64,000 bases of DNA, taken from the NCBI GenBank assembly GCA_031551135.1, contig JAVBOA010000012.1, positions 844 to 64,843 of the forward strand, written 5' to 3'. The notes below the pieces were generated by a model, which did no database searches, had not been told where the DNA came from, and worked only from the letters and a program-made list of their open reading frames with translations. The DNA is from Eubacteriales bacterium (lineage in GTDB: Bacteria; Bacillota; Clostridia; Lachnospirales; JAITVM01). Below, piece by piece: positions 47,830 through 56,781 of this stretch (the stretch's first letter is position 1; each line of letters begins with the position of its first letter). A program made the position numbers and the translations under genes.

Positions 47830-48744
47830 TCAACTGCCGATAAATACCGGAAAATAAAGGTATGGGTCGTTGACATCAAATTCTTTTATAACAATATAAT
47901 TAATATCCGGTTTATGAACAACGAAAAACATTTTACTATTAAATTTATCGTACAAAATATCATAATGACCGATTGTAAATTTGTAATATCTCGAGACTTC
48001 GCCGACATAAAGTATTCGATTTATTTCTTTTTGAATATTTTTGAATTGAGAATCCAATTCTTTTATATCCAAGCCTTCGAGCCAATAATTTTTTGTTGTC
48101 GTAAGCTGAAATTCATCAAAGCCTTTTAGACAAAGCTCTTTTGCTTTTTTCATGGCTTCATCTTTTGAAATCGCTTTCGTTGTATCATATTTTTCATCAA
48201 TAATAATATTTGGATAAGAACGGATGATTGCGTTAGCCGGAGACAGAGGAAGTTTTGTGTCGTAATAATATGTGTATTTAGTCGAGAATTTTGGAGAGTA
48301 ATTTACATTTAAATCAAAATTTTCAGCGATGAATCTAAGAGGTACGTATGTATAATTATTGTAAATAATTGCAGGATAATCGAGTGCGATTTCTTTGCCG
48401 TTCACTAATGCCGTATTCTCGTTGATTTTGAAAATAAAATTTTTTTCTTCTTTATTGATTGTAACTTTTCTGTTTGTTTTGTCCCATTCAACATTTGCCC
48501 CGAATTCTTCGCTGATCAGCCGGACGGGAACAAGCGAACGGTTATTTTTGATGATAATTTCGTAATCCGGAATTATTGTGCCGTTTATAAATAGATATGT
48601 TTTGTATTCGTTCAGCATATATCTTTCTGTATAGTTGATGAGAATCAATTGATAATAATATGTTGCGGTAGGATTGCCTTTTTCGATCGGTTTTGCCGCG
48701 ATTAAAATAAAAGATAAAAAGAGTAAGATAAATAGTTTTTTCAT
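47830..48744 (-). CDS. Secreted protein with copper amine oxidase-like N-terminal domain
   Basis: Signal peptide; NNRSLVPVR.ISE.FGA.VEWD and TYVPLRFIAE repeats. Confidence 0.8.
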   Translation of the reverse strand: MKKLFILLFLSFILIAAKPIEKGNPTATYYYQLILINYTERYMLNEYKTYLFINGTIIPDYEIIIKNNRSLVPVRLISEEFGANVEWDKTNRKVTINKEEKNFIFKINENTALVNGKEIALDYPAIIYNNYTYVPLRFIAENFDLNVNYSPKFSTKYTYYYDTKLPLSPANAIIRSYPNIIIDEKYDTTKAISKDEAMKKAKELCLKGFDEFQLTTTKNYWLEGLDIKELDSQFKNIQKEINRILYVGEVSRYYKFTIGHYDILYDKFNSKMFFVVHKPDINYIVIKEFDVNDPYLYFPVFIGS

Positions 48745-48914
48745 AAGCCCGCTCCATGTATATTTTTAATTTGATTATAGCATACATGGAAAAAAAGAAA
48801 TTTCTGTAATATAATAAAATAATTACATAATAATTAAAAAACTGCTAAACGCGATGTAATATAAGATAAAAAATATCTCAAATAAAATTACCGTGTTTAA
48901 CAGTTTTATTTTTA

Positions 48915-48957
48915 TACGATTTTAATTATTAAGGATAGAAAAAAATTGAAAATAGTA
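48915..48957. repeat. Degenerate short copy of MITE-like repeat
   Basis: TACGATTTTAA...AAGGATAGAAAAAAATTGAAAATAGTA flanked by TTA; the right TTA is the yaaR stop codon. Confidence 0.65.
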
Positions 48958-49401
48958 TTATATAATTATATCTAATAAGAGTCCTCTTATTTCGTCGGTT
49001 TTATCGAGAATTGCGATATGGTCTTTTTCTTTTTTTAAAAGCTCCGAAGCGAGTTCGTCTAGGTTTTTGTTTACAAGCTTAACAATACCATAAACCCTGT
49101 GGCGGCCGCGCCTGTCTAAAAAGTTTTCACGATAAAATTTATGCGAGTTTGTAACAACTTCGTTTACAAAATCGGTTATAAGTGAACGGTATTTTTTCAT
49201 ATCTTTTAAATCGGCGTGCTCAGCGATTTTTGTACCCATTTCCGATATATCTTCAATAAGATTTTTAAGGCGTGCGAAAAGCCCTTCTTCGTCCAATTTA
49301 TTTAAAGTAAAACTAAAGTCTTCGGTTTTATCGACTTTTTTATTGGAATTATTTATTTCGTTTAACCTATTTGGAGAAATTTCAGAAATTTTTAAATCCA
49401 T
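48958..49401 (-). CDS. yaaR: YaaR/DUF327 family protein
   Basis: DRRGRHRVY and DEIRGLLLD; tmk-darA-yaaR-holB synteny. Confidence 0.88.
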   Translation of the reverse strand: MDLKISEISPNRLNEINNSNKKVDKTEDFSFTLNKLDEEGLFARLKNLIEDISEMGTKIAEHADLKDMKKYRSLITDFVNEVVTNSHKFYRENFLDRRGRHRVYGIVKLVNKNLDELASELLKKEKDHIAILDKTDEIRGLLLDIII

Positions 49402-49415
49402 TTATAATTGCTCCT

Positions 49416-49745
49416 TTAGATTTTTTTAAACTCGGCAACATCCAATACGAATATCGTGGCTCCGCCAACTGTTACTTCAATCGGATACGAGGCAAAAGAT
49501 TCGCTTGCAGTTCCCGTTGTAGCTCCCATAGAAGTAATCTGTTTTCGGGATTTGCATTTTTTCTCAATAATATCAACGACTTCCGGAACTTTATCGTCAT
49601 CAACACCGCAAATAAGCGTAGTGTTTCCGGCGCGCAGAAATCCGCCGGTCGACGCAAGTTTCGTTGCGGAATAATTTTTTTCGCTTAATACATCCATTAC
49701 TAAAAAAGCATCTTCATCATGTATAATTGCTAAAACAAGTTTCAT
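49416..49745 (-). CDS. darA: c-di-AMP receptor DarA/PstA (YaaQ, PII-like)
   Basis: TKLASTGGFLRAGNTT and VGGATIFV. Confidence 0.93.
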   Translation of the reverse strand: MKLVLAIIHDEDAFLVMDVLSEKNYSATKLASTGGFLRAGNTTLICGVDDDKVPEVVDIIEKKCKSRKQITSMGATTGTASESFASYPIEVTVGGATIFVLDVAEFKKI

Positions 49746-49790
49746 AATAAAACCCCCTAATAAATAACTTGATTAGAAATCTTCAAGTTA

Positions 49791-49900
49791 TACTATTTTC
49801 ATTTTGATAAGTAGAAAAAATTTTTCACAGCGGAGCGTTTCACGCATGCTTCAAGCGTGAAATGAAATATTTTTTTCTATCCTTAATAATGAAAATAGTA
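49791..49900. mobile_element. MITE-like element, 110 bp
   Basis: 11-bp terminal inverted repeats TACTATTTTCA/TGAAAATAGTA, TTA on both flanks, near-identical inverted copy at 55434. Confidence 0.75.
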
Positions 49901-50524
49901 TTAAATAAAATTTATAATAATATCGATTATTTCATTGTGTATATAATCAGCATTTCCTAAAGCGTTAATTTTATGTATACGTTTTGGAAATTTTAGACAT
50001 AAATCTAAATAACCCTGATATACTTTGTGATGAAATTCAATTTTTTCGGATTCTATTCTATCGGGAACAGCGGCGCTGGTTCGGCGGAAAAGCGATTCTT
50101 CGGGTGATATATCCATAAAAAAAGTAAGGTCGGGCATCAAATCATTAATGCCGAATTTATTTATATTATAAATATTTTCAGAGCCTAAATTTCGGGCATA
50201 GCCTTGATAAGCGATAGATGAATCCAGAAATCTGTCACAAAGCACAATCTTCTTTTCTTCGATAGCGTTTTTGATATTCGAGTTTACTAATTCCGCACGT
50301 GCAGCCGCATATAAAAGCGCTTCCGTATATGGCGACATATCATAATTTATCAATAATTCCCGGATTTTTTCCGAAATAAAAGTTCCGCCGGGTTCTCTCA
50401 ACATAAGTACATCCAGATTTTTTGATAACAAGAATTTATAAAGCAAATTAATTTGGGTTGTCTTGCCTGAGCCGTCCAATCCCTCAAAACTAATAAATAA
50501 TCCTTTATTCATTATTAACTCCAT
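49901..50524 (-). CDS. tmk: Thymidylate kinase
   Basis: FEGLDGSGKTTQ, REPGGT, CDRF.DSS.AYQG. Confidence 0.96.
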   Translation of the reverse strand: MELIMNKGLFISFEGLDGSGKTTQINLLYKFLLSKNLDVLMLREPGGTFISEKIRELLINYDMSPYTEALLYAAARAELVNSNIKNAIEEKKIVLCDRFLDSSIAYQGYARNLGSENIYNINKFGINDLMPDLTFFMDISPEESLFRRTSAAVPDRIESEKIEFHHKVYQGYLDLCLKFPKRIHKINALGNADYIHNEIIDIIINFI

Positions 50525-50654
50525 TGTAATTTTAAGTAGTTATTATAATATCGTTTAATTTATTATATCATATTAGGTAAAATATTGTTAATATTTTTAT
50601 GTATACTGATGAACAAATGTACAGTTTATTTTCGCTCGTCAGTGTAATGAAGCC

Positions 50655-50692
50655 GCCCTTACAGTGAATTTTTTTGTAAGGGCAGAGTTTTT
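50655..50692. terminator. Hairpin downstream of lysC, probable terminator
   Basis: GCCCTTACA...TGTAAGGGC stem. Confidence 0.55.
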
Positions 50693-51915
50693 TATATATT
50701 AATATTTATATTTTCGGTCAAAAATTTATCGTGAACATAATTAGAAGCGACCTCGACATCTTTTTCATCAATCAAAACAGATATTTTTATTTCAGAAGTG
50801 CTTATCATATGAATATTCACATTAGCATCGAATAAAGCCTCGAACATACGGGAGGCCACGCCGGGATTTGTAGCCATACCTGCGCCGACAATTGAAAGCT
50901 TTGCTATTTTATCATCCGATGATAATTTTTCGTATCCGATAGAATCAATATTCTGTTCCAAAATTAAGAGCGCATCTTTTAAATCGGATCTCGGCACAGT
51001 AAAAGTAATATCTTTCGAGCCGTTTCTGCCAATACTTTGTAAAATAATATCTACATTAATTTTGCTATTTGCAAGTATAGAAAATATTCTAAACGCCTTG
51101 CCGGGTTGGTCGGAAACACCGATCAAAGAAATTCTTGCGACATTTCTATCTACAGCAAGACCGCTAACAAACATTTTTTCCACTTTAGATTCCTCCTTAA
51201 CTCTCGTTCCTTCTGCATTTGTCAAGCTTGAGCGTACTACCAAATTAACACTGTGTTTTTTTGCAAGTTCTACGGACCTATTATGCAAAACCTGCGCGCC
51301 AAGCGAAGCAAGCTCCAACATTTCATCGTAAGAAATCTCGTCTAATTTTACAGCGTTTTTCACAACTCTTGGGTCTGCAGTGTAAACTCCGTCTACATCT
51401 GTATATATTTCGCATAAATCAGCATTGAGTTTAACAGCCAAAGCAACAGCGGTCGTGTCCGAGCCGCCGCGCCCCAAGGTTGTGATATCGCCTTTTCGGT
51501 TATATCCTTGAAAACCGGCGATGATGACTATATTCTTATTTTCCAGCTCCTGAAAAATTCTTTCGGTATCGATATTTTTAATTCGCGCGTTTGTATGGTT
51601 TGAAGAGGTAAAAAAACCTATCTGTGTTGCAATCAATGATTTTGCAGGAAAACCCAGCTCGTGAATTGCCATTGCCATCAGTGCGACGGATTGTTGTTCG
51701 CCCGTAGACAGCAGCATGTCTATTTCTCTTTTTGAAGGGTTTTCGGAAATCTCGTGTGCCTTGTCCAAAAGCTCATCTGTTGTATCTCCTTGGGCAGATA
51801 GGACAACAACAACATCGTTTCCCTGTTTTGATGTTTCCACAATACGCCTTGCAACATTCATAATTTTATCTTTATTTGCAACCGAACTGCCTCCGAATTT
51901 TTGTACGACTAACAT
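50692..51915 (-). CDS. lysC: Aspartate kinase
   Basis: VQKFGGSSV, TTLGRGGSDTTAV, DVDGVYTADPR and two ACT domains. Confidence 0.95.
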   Translation of the reverse strand: MLVVQKFGGSSVANKDKIMNVARRIVETSKQGNDVVVVLSAQGDTTDELLDKAHEISENPSKREIDMLLSTGEQQSVALMAMAIHELGFPAKSLIATQIGFFTSSNHTNARIKNIDTERIFQELENKNIVIIAGFQGYNRKGDITTLGRGGSDTTAVALAVKLNADLCEIYTDVDGVYTADPRVVKNAVKLDEISYDEMLELASLGAQVLHNRSVELAKKHSVNLVVRSSLTNAEGTRVKEESKVEKMFVSGLAVDRNVARISLIGVSDQPGKAFRIFSILANSKINVDIILQSIGRNGSKDITFTVPRSDLKDALLILEQNIDSIGYEKLSSDDKIAKLSIVGAGMATNPGVASRMFEALFDANVNIHMISTSEIKISVLIDEKDVEVASNYVHDKFLTENININI

Positions 51916-52029
51916 ATATTTTTTTCCTCCTAACAATTCATGCGAAATTCGTACAGCTATACCGGAAACAATTTTTGTACGCCGGTACAGCAGAGCATTT
52001 TTAAATAATTTATAATATAGAGGATTCCT

Positions 52030-52920
52030 TTATATTTCTTTTAGAATTGCGCCGTCATTATCAAGCTCTATATTATTTATTTTCCAATTATCCTCAAGTT
52101 TCTCTAAATACGATTTCATTTTATCAAAAAAATCGGGTTCTGTAAAAACTGAAATCAGCGTCGGACCCGCCCCGCTTAAAAAACTAGCTCTTGCGCCAAA
52201 ATCTTTTGCTTTGGCAAAAATTTCATTCATATTATTTATTATATTCGCGCGGTATATTTGGTGCAACCTATCATCCATCGCAGTCGAAATAAGCTCAAAA
52301 TTGCCGGAATAAAGAGCAGCGACTAAAAGCGATGCTCTTGAAACGTTGAAAACAACATCTTTTATGGGATATGTTTTTGGTAGAATATTTCTTGCTTTTT
52401 CTGTAGAAAGCTCAAAATCGGGTATCATTACCCCAAAATTCAATTTTTTTATATTCTCACTTTCCAATTTTACAAAATCGAGCGAATTTTCGGACAATGC
52501 TCCGACAACAACGCCGCCCATCAAGGCAGGCGTGGAATTATCGGGATGTCCTTCAATTTTTGCGGCTATATAGGCAAGCTCTTTTTTTGATAAAGCGGCC
52601 TTTGAAAAATGATTCGCTGCCAAAATTCCGGTGATAATGCAAGCCGCACTGCTGCCCAAACCTCTGGTCAGAGGGATTTCGTCTTTTTGCTCTATTCGAA
52701 AATTATTTTCAATTTTTTTTCCGACTATATTATAAAAATCTACCATTGTTTTATAGATTAAATTCGTTTCATCTTTTGGTATTACAATATTATCCGAGAG
52801 AATTTCAAGATTTTCGGATTCAGAAGTTTTTGTATTATTATAAAGTTTCAGAGCCATGCCGATACAATCGAAACCCGGACCGAGATTTGCCGAAGTTGCT
52901 GGAACTTTAATCTCAATCAT
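52030..52920 (-). CDS. thrB: Homoserine kinase
   Basis: PATSANLGPGFD, RGLGSSAA, EGHPDN, SGAGPT. Confidence 0.96.
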   Translation of the reverse strand: MIEIKVPATSANLGPGFDCIGMALKLYNNTKTSESENLEILSDNIVIPKDETNLIYKTMVDFYNIVGKKIENNFRIEQKDEIPLTRGLGSSAACIITGILAANHFSKAALSKKELAYIAAKIEGHPDNSTPALMGGVVVGALSENSLDFVKLESENIKKLNFGVMIPDFELSTEKARNILPKTYPIKDVVFNVSRASLLVAALYSGNFELISTAMDDRLHQIYRANIINNMNEIFAKAKDFGARASFLSGAGPTLISVFTEPDFFDKMKSYLEKLEDNWKINNIELDNDGAILKEI

Positions 52921-54179
52921 ATGAGCACCTCATATTCGATTTTGAATGTACTGCAAATTTCGTCGGCCAATTTTTTATCGAAAAGAATTTTCAAACCTGC
53001 ATCCAATTTAGTTTTATCTATAGATTTCGTAACAAAAGCTAATTGGTTAGGATATTTTTCATCCAAAATAATTTCTTCAGGCTCGAAGATTTCATTTATT
53101 TCTTTTGAAAGCTCGTTTATATTTTGGGATTTCAAGCGTACAAATTTTTTATATTCAACATTATCGAAAGATACAATTTTTTGTTTTTCTCCCGACCAGA
53201 AATAGCCTATATTTTTCTTTTCGTGGCGCAGAGCGTCGATAATATCTCCGACAACAGCGCTTGCTGTCGGCATTTTTCCGGCACCTCGACCGTAAAACAT
53301 CAGTTCATCTACGGCATTTCCCTTTAATAAAACCGAGTTAAAAACACCGTGAACGGCGAAAAGAGGGGAATTATCTCTGATAATAACAGGCATTACCGCC
53401 GCAGAATATGTTCCGTTTAATTTCTTTGCGCTTGCAATAAGTTTAAAAGCTCCGCCGATTTTTTTGGCAAAGGCAATATCTTCTATTTTTATATCTTGGA
53501 TTCCCTGAATATCAAGGTCTTCATAAGCCGCATTTTTGCCGCTGATTAAAGAAAGCAAAATCGCCAGTTTTCTGCCGGTATCGTAGCCGTAAACATCAGC
53601 GGTAGGGTCTTTTTCAGCGTAACCTTTTTGCTGCGCCCGTTTCAAGGCTTCATCAAAACTCATTCCGTCGCGCGTCATTTTTGTTAAGATATAATTTGTT
53701 GTTCCGTTTAAAATTCCTTCCATTTCGTAAATATCATCAGCGGTTAAAGCTTGTTTTATCGAACGGATTATTGGTATACCGCCGCCGGCGCTGGCTTCAA
53801 ACAGAAAATTTATCTGTTTGGACATAGCGATTTCCAAAAGCTCTGCTCCGTGTGCCGCAACTAATTCTTTATTGGAAGTAACAACGGATTTGCCTAAAAG
53901 AAGTGCGGATTTTACAAATTCATATGCAGGCTTTAAGCCGCCCATTGTCTCCACAACAAGGTCAACAGATTCATCATTTAGAATATCGTCGATATTACTT
54001 GTAACGAGATTTTCGATTTCAGTTCCTTTAAAATCACGTATATCCAATATATATTTAACATTAATCTGCTTAAAAAAAACTCGTTTAGAAATAAGCTCTT
54101 TATTAAGTTTTATTACATCATAAATTCCTGAACCGACTACACCAAAGCCCAGTATTGCTATATTATGCACAAAAATCAC
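52917..54179 (-). CDS. hom: Homoserine dehydrogenase
   Basis: LGFGVVGSG, VVTSNK, EAS.GGGIP, GILNGTTNYIL, GAG..PTASAV. Confidence 0.95.
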   Translation of the reverse strand: MIFVHNIAILGFGVVGSGIYDVIKLNKELISKRVFFKQINVKYILDIRDFKGTEIENLVTSNIDDILNDESVDLVVETMGGLKPAYEFVKSALLLGKSVVTSNKELVAAHGAELLEIAMSKQINFLFEASAGGGIPIIRSIKQALTADDIYEMEGILNGTTNYILTKMTRDGMSFDEALKRAQQKGYAEKDPTADVYGYDTGRKLAILLSLISGKNAAYEDLDIQGIQDIKIEDIAFAKKIGGAFKLIASAKKLNGTYSAAVMPVIIRDNSPLFAVHGVFNSVLLKGNAVDELMFYGRGAGKMPTASAVVGDIIDALRHEKKNIGYFWSGEKQKIVSFDNVEYKKFVRLKSQNINELSKEINEIFEPEEIILDEKYPNQLAFVTKSIDKTKLDAGLKILFDKKLADEICSTFKIEYEVLI

Positions 54180-54643
54180 TCCCTTGCGATTGTTTTAAAA
54201 TTTTTAACTCCATCTGTATTTATTATTTTATTAATAAGCTCGGTAAACTCTTTGCTCATTTTTCCGGTTTCCAAAGTAATTGTTACATTCGCGATATTAT
54301 TAATCGGAATATTCTGATTGATTGTCAAAATATTTCCGCCGTCTGAAGCAATAAGATTTAAAACATCCGATAGAACTCCGGCACGGTTTTCGAGACCCAA
54401 AGCGATTGTCATTGTTCTGCCTCGAAAATTTTCATACAGCGGAAAAATACTGTCACGATATTTATAATATGCGCTTCGGCTGATGTCGACTTTTTTTGTG
54501 GCTTCCTGAACTGTTTTGACAGCGCCGCTTTCCAGCATAGACTTTGCCTCGATAACTTTCAAAAAAACTTCCGGCAAAGCTTTTACGTCAACAACAAAAT
54601 AGTTTTTATCTTCCTTCATAATTTGTCGCTCCAATATATACAT
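54176..54643 (-). CDS. thrR: ACT-domain transcriptional regulator ThrR/PheB-like
   Basis: ALPEVF.KV..AK, ISRSAYYKY.D, NILTINQ.IP; heads the hom-thrB operon. Confidence 0.85.
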   Translation of the reverse strand: MYILERQIMKEDKNYFVVDVKALPEVFLKVIEAKSMLESGAVKTVQEATKKVDISRSAYYKYRDSIFPLYENFRGRTMTIALGLENRAGVLSDVLNLIASDGGNILTINQNIPINNIANVTITLETGKMSKEFTELINKIINTDGVKNFKTIARE

Positions 54644-54751
54644 TTGTATTCACAACAAGGAATATATCATAATTTGATTTTTTTTGCAAGCGTTTTCGGC
54701 TTTGTTCATCAAAAAAAACAACACCGGCAAGCGGTGTTGAAATTGATTATT

Positions 54752-55357
54752 TTATTTGGCTGTAATTGATTCGAACTGTTTTACGCAATCTTCGATATTT
54801 CTAAAAAGAATTGTTTTGAATCCCAGACGATTGGCCGTATCAATATTTTTGTCAAAGTCATCTATAAAAATACATTCGCCGGCAATTAGATCGTATTCGT
54901 TCAAAAGATGAAGATAAATTTCTTCATCCGGTTTAATTTTATGTACATATCCCGAAATAACTTTACCGTCACATAATTTAAAAAAGTCAAATTTATTATA
55001 AAGAAACTCGAAACCTTCCGCAGAAAAATTCGAAAGAAAGTAGATTTTGTAATTTTCATTTTTCAATTTTCGTAAAAAATCCGAAGTTTCTTTTTTTTCT
55101 TCAAGAATATCCAGCCAATTTCTGTCCAGAACCCTAGCGATTTCGTCTTTAAGATGCGGATTTTCGTTCTGCAAATATTCGATACCTTGTTCATAAGTAT
55201 AATTTCCAAGGTCAAATTGAAGCCAGAATTTATTTTTAAAAATTGCGGAATCCAGTTCTTTTACTGTCTTTTTGTCGTAGCCCAATGAATGTAAATACGC
55301 TGTCGGTTCGTATTGTATCAAAACTCTTCCTATATCAAAAATAATGTTTTTTATCAT
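54752..55357 (-). CDS. HAD-family phosphatase
   Basis: IIFDIGRVL, LSN, KPDEEIY, FIDD. Confidence 0.9.
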   Translation of the reverse strand: MIKNIIFDIGRVLIQYEPTAYLHSLGYDKKTVKELDSAIFKNKFWLQFDLGNYTYEQGIEYLQNENPHLKDEIARVLDRNWLDILEEKKETSDFLRKLKNENYKIYFLSNFSAEGFEFLYNKFDFFKLCDGKVISGYVHKIKPDEEIYLHLLNEYDLIAGECIFIDDFDKNIDTANRLGFKTILFRNIEDCVKQFESITAK

Positions 55358-55433
55358 AAAAAAGCTCCTTCTATTAAAAATAAATTTAATATATCATAAT
55401 AATTTCAAAAATTCAAATTTAAAAAACAATTTA

Positions 55434-55545
55434 TACTATTTTCAATATAAAGGATAGAAAAAAATATTTCATTTCGCGCTAGAAACATTGCGCGAAACGC
55501 TCCGCTGTGAAAAATTTTTTTCTACTTATCAAAATGAAAATAGTA
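55434..55545. mobile_element. MITE-like element, 112 bp, inverted relative to the 49791 copy
   Basis: Same terminal inverted repeats and TTA flanks; internal CGCTCCGCTGTGAAAAAT segment shared in reverse. Confidence 0.75.
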
Positions 55546-55647
55546 TTAATTTGTTCTATCTCAATTATTTATTTCATAGATTTGTCATATAGCGTTTCGA
55601 TTTTTAAGTTGCCGTAAGAATGTTTTTTGGAAGAGGGGATTATACAA

Positions 55648-56742
55648 ATGCAAAAAAAGAATGATAATCAATATTTAAAAAAAATCTCACAAGGAACATT
55701 TTTATCGATAATAATCATGTTCTTGCTCTTTTTTTTAAATAGAAATGATTTATATAACAAATTTTTGATTTACGAAACTTTACCGTATGTAAAACTTCAA
55801 AAAGAGATGCTCTTTAAATTCCATCAAGAACCCGAAAAGTCCAAAACCGTTGTTCAAGCTACAGAAGAAGTTCAAGATGATATTATCGGAATTCATAATG
55901 TGATTTTTCAGGATGATACTAAAGAAGAAGAGCCGGTTCAAGAACATAAGCAAGAAAAAATTAATTTTAAAAATATCGAAAAATTAAGTGACTTTTCTTA
56001 TTTAATAAAAAATTTCTATACCGTGGATTCCAAAACTTCTGTGAATCAAGAACTTATAAATGTGGATAGATTTTTAAATACGGATTTGAAAATCGATAAT
56101 TCGGTCAGCGGCCCGAAAGTGCTTATTTTTCATACACATGCCCATGAAACTTATTATGACAGCAACGACGAGTCTGAAGGAGTTTTGGGGGTCGGCGCAC
56201 GATTGAAAGAAGAACTCGAAACAGTTTACGGAATAGAAGTGTATCATTATACAAACGGGCTACGGGATATCGGCGGCAGTATGAATACTGCATACGAGGA
56301 CATTGAACCGCCGGTGCGTGAAATTTTGGAAAAATTCCCGACAATTCAAGTTGTGATAGATTTGCATAGGGATGGATTCGATATCAAACAAGGAGAACCT
56401 TTGAAAAAATTCGTATCAGAAATAGACGGCAAGCAAACCGCACAGATAATGTTTTTCAACGGTCTCAGTATACTTAATAAAAACGGAAAGCCAACGCAAT
56501 TGACATCTTTACCGAATCCGAATCTCGATACAAATTTAGCGTTTAGCTTTAATATGCAATTGGCGGCAAATGAGCTTTATCCTGAATTTACACGAAAAAT
56601 ATATTTAAAATCCTACCGTTATTCACTGCATATGAAGCCGAAATCTTTGCTGATAGAGGTTGGCGCAAATACAAATACAAAAGAGGAAGCTTTTAATACA
56701 GCAAAACCGCTTGCAAAAATTTTAGCTTCCGTAATTAATTAA
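55648..56742 (+). CDS. spoIIP: Stage II sporulation protein P
   Basis: PKVLIFHTH.HE.Y, IDLHRDG, LLIEVG...NT.EEA. Confidence 0.9.
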   Translation: MQKKNDNQYLKKISQGTFLSIIIMFLLFFLNRNDLYNKFLIYETLPYVKLQKEMLFKFHQEPEKSKTVVQATEEVQDDIIGIHNVIFQDDTKEEEPVQEHKQEKINFKNIEKLSDFSYLIKNFYTVDSKTSVNQELINVDRFLNTDLKIDNSVSGPKVLIFHTHAHETYYDSNDESEGVLGVGARLKEELETVYGIEVYHYTNGLRDIGGSMNTAYEDIEPPVREILEKFPTIQVVIDLHRDGFDIKQGEPLKKFVSEIDGKQTAQIMFFNGLSILNKNGKPTQLTSLPNPNLDTNLAFSFNMQLAANELYPEFTRKIYLKSYRYSLHMKPKSLLIEVGANTNTKEEAFNTAKPLAKILASVIN

Positions 56743-56748
56743 TCTACA

Positions 56749-56772
56749 CGAATGGCGCAATTGCGCCATTCG
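56749..56772. terminator. Perfect 24-bp palindrome between convergent genes, probable bidirectional terminator
   Basis: CGAATGGCGCAATTGCGCCATTCG. Confidence 0.65.
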
Positions 56773-56781
56773 ATATAGTAT

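Noticed and set aside
54644-54751. T-box or lysine riboswitch ahead of thrR-hom-thrB-lysC
   Set aside because: The leader is too short and lacks the conserved motifs; the ThrR-like gene offers protein-based control
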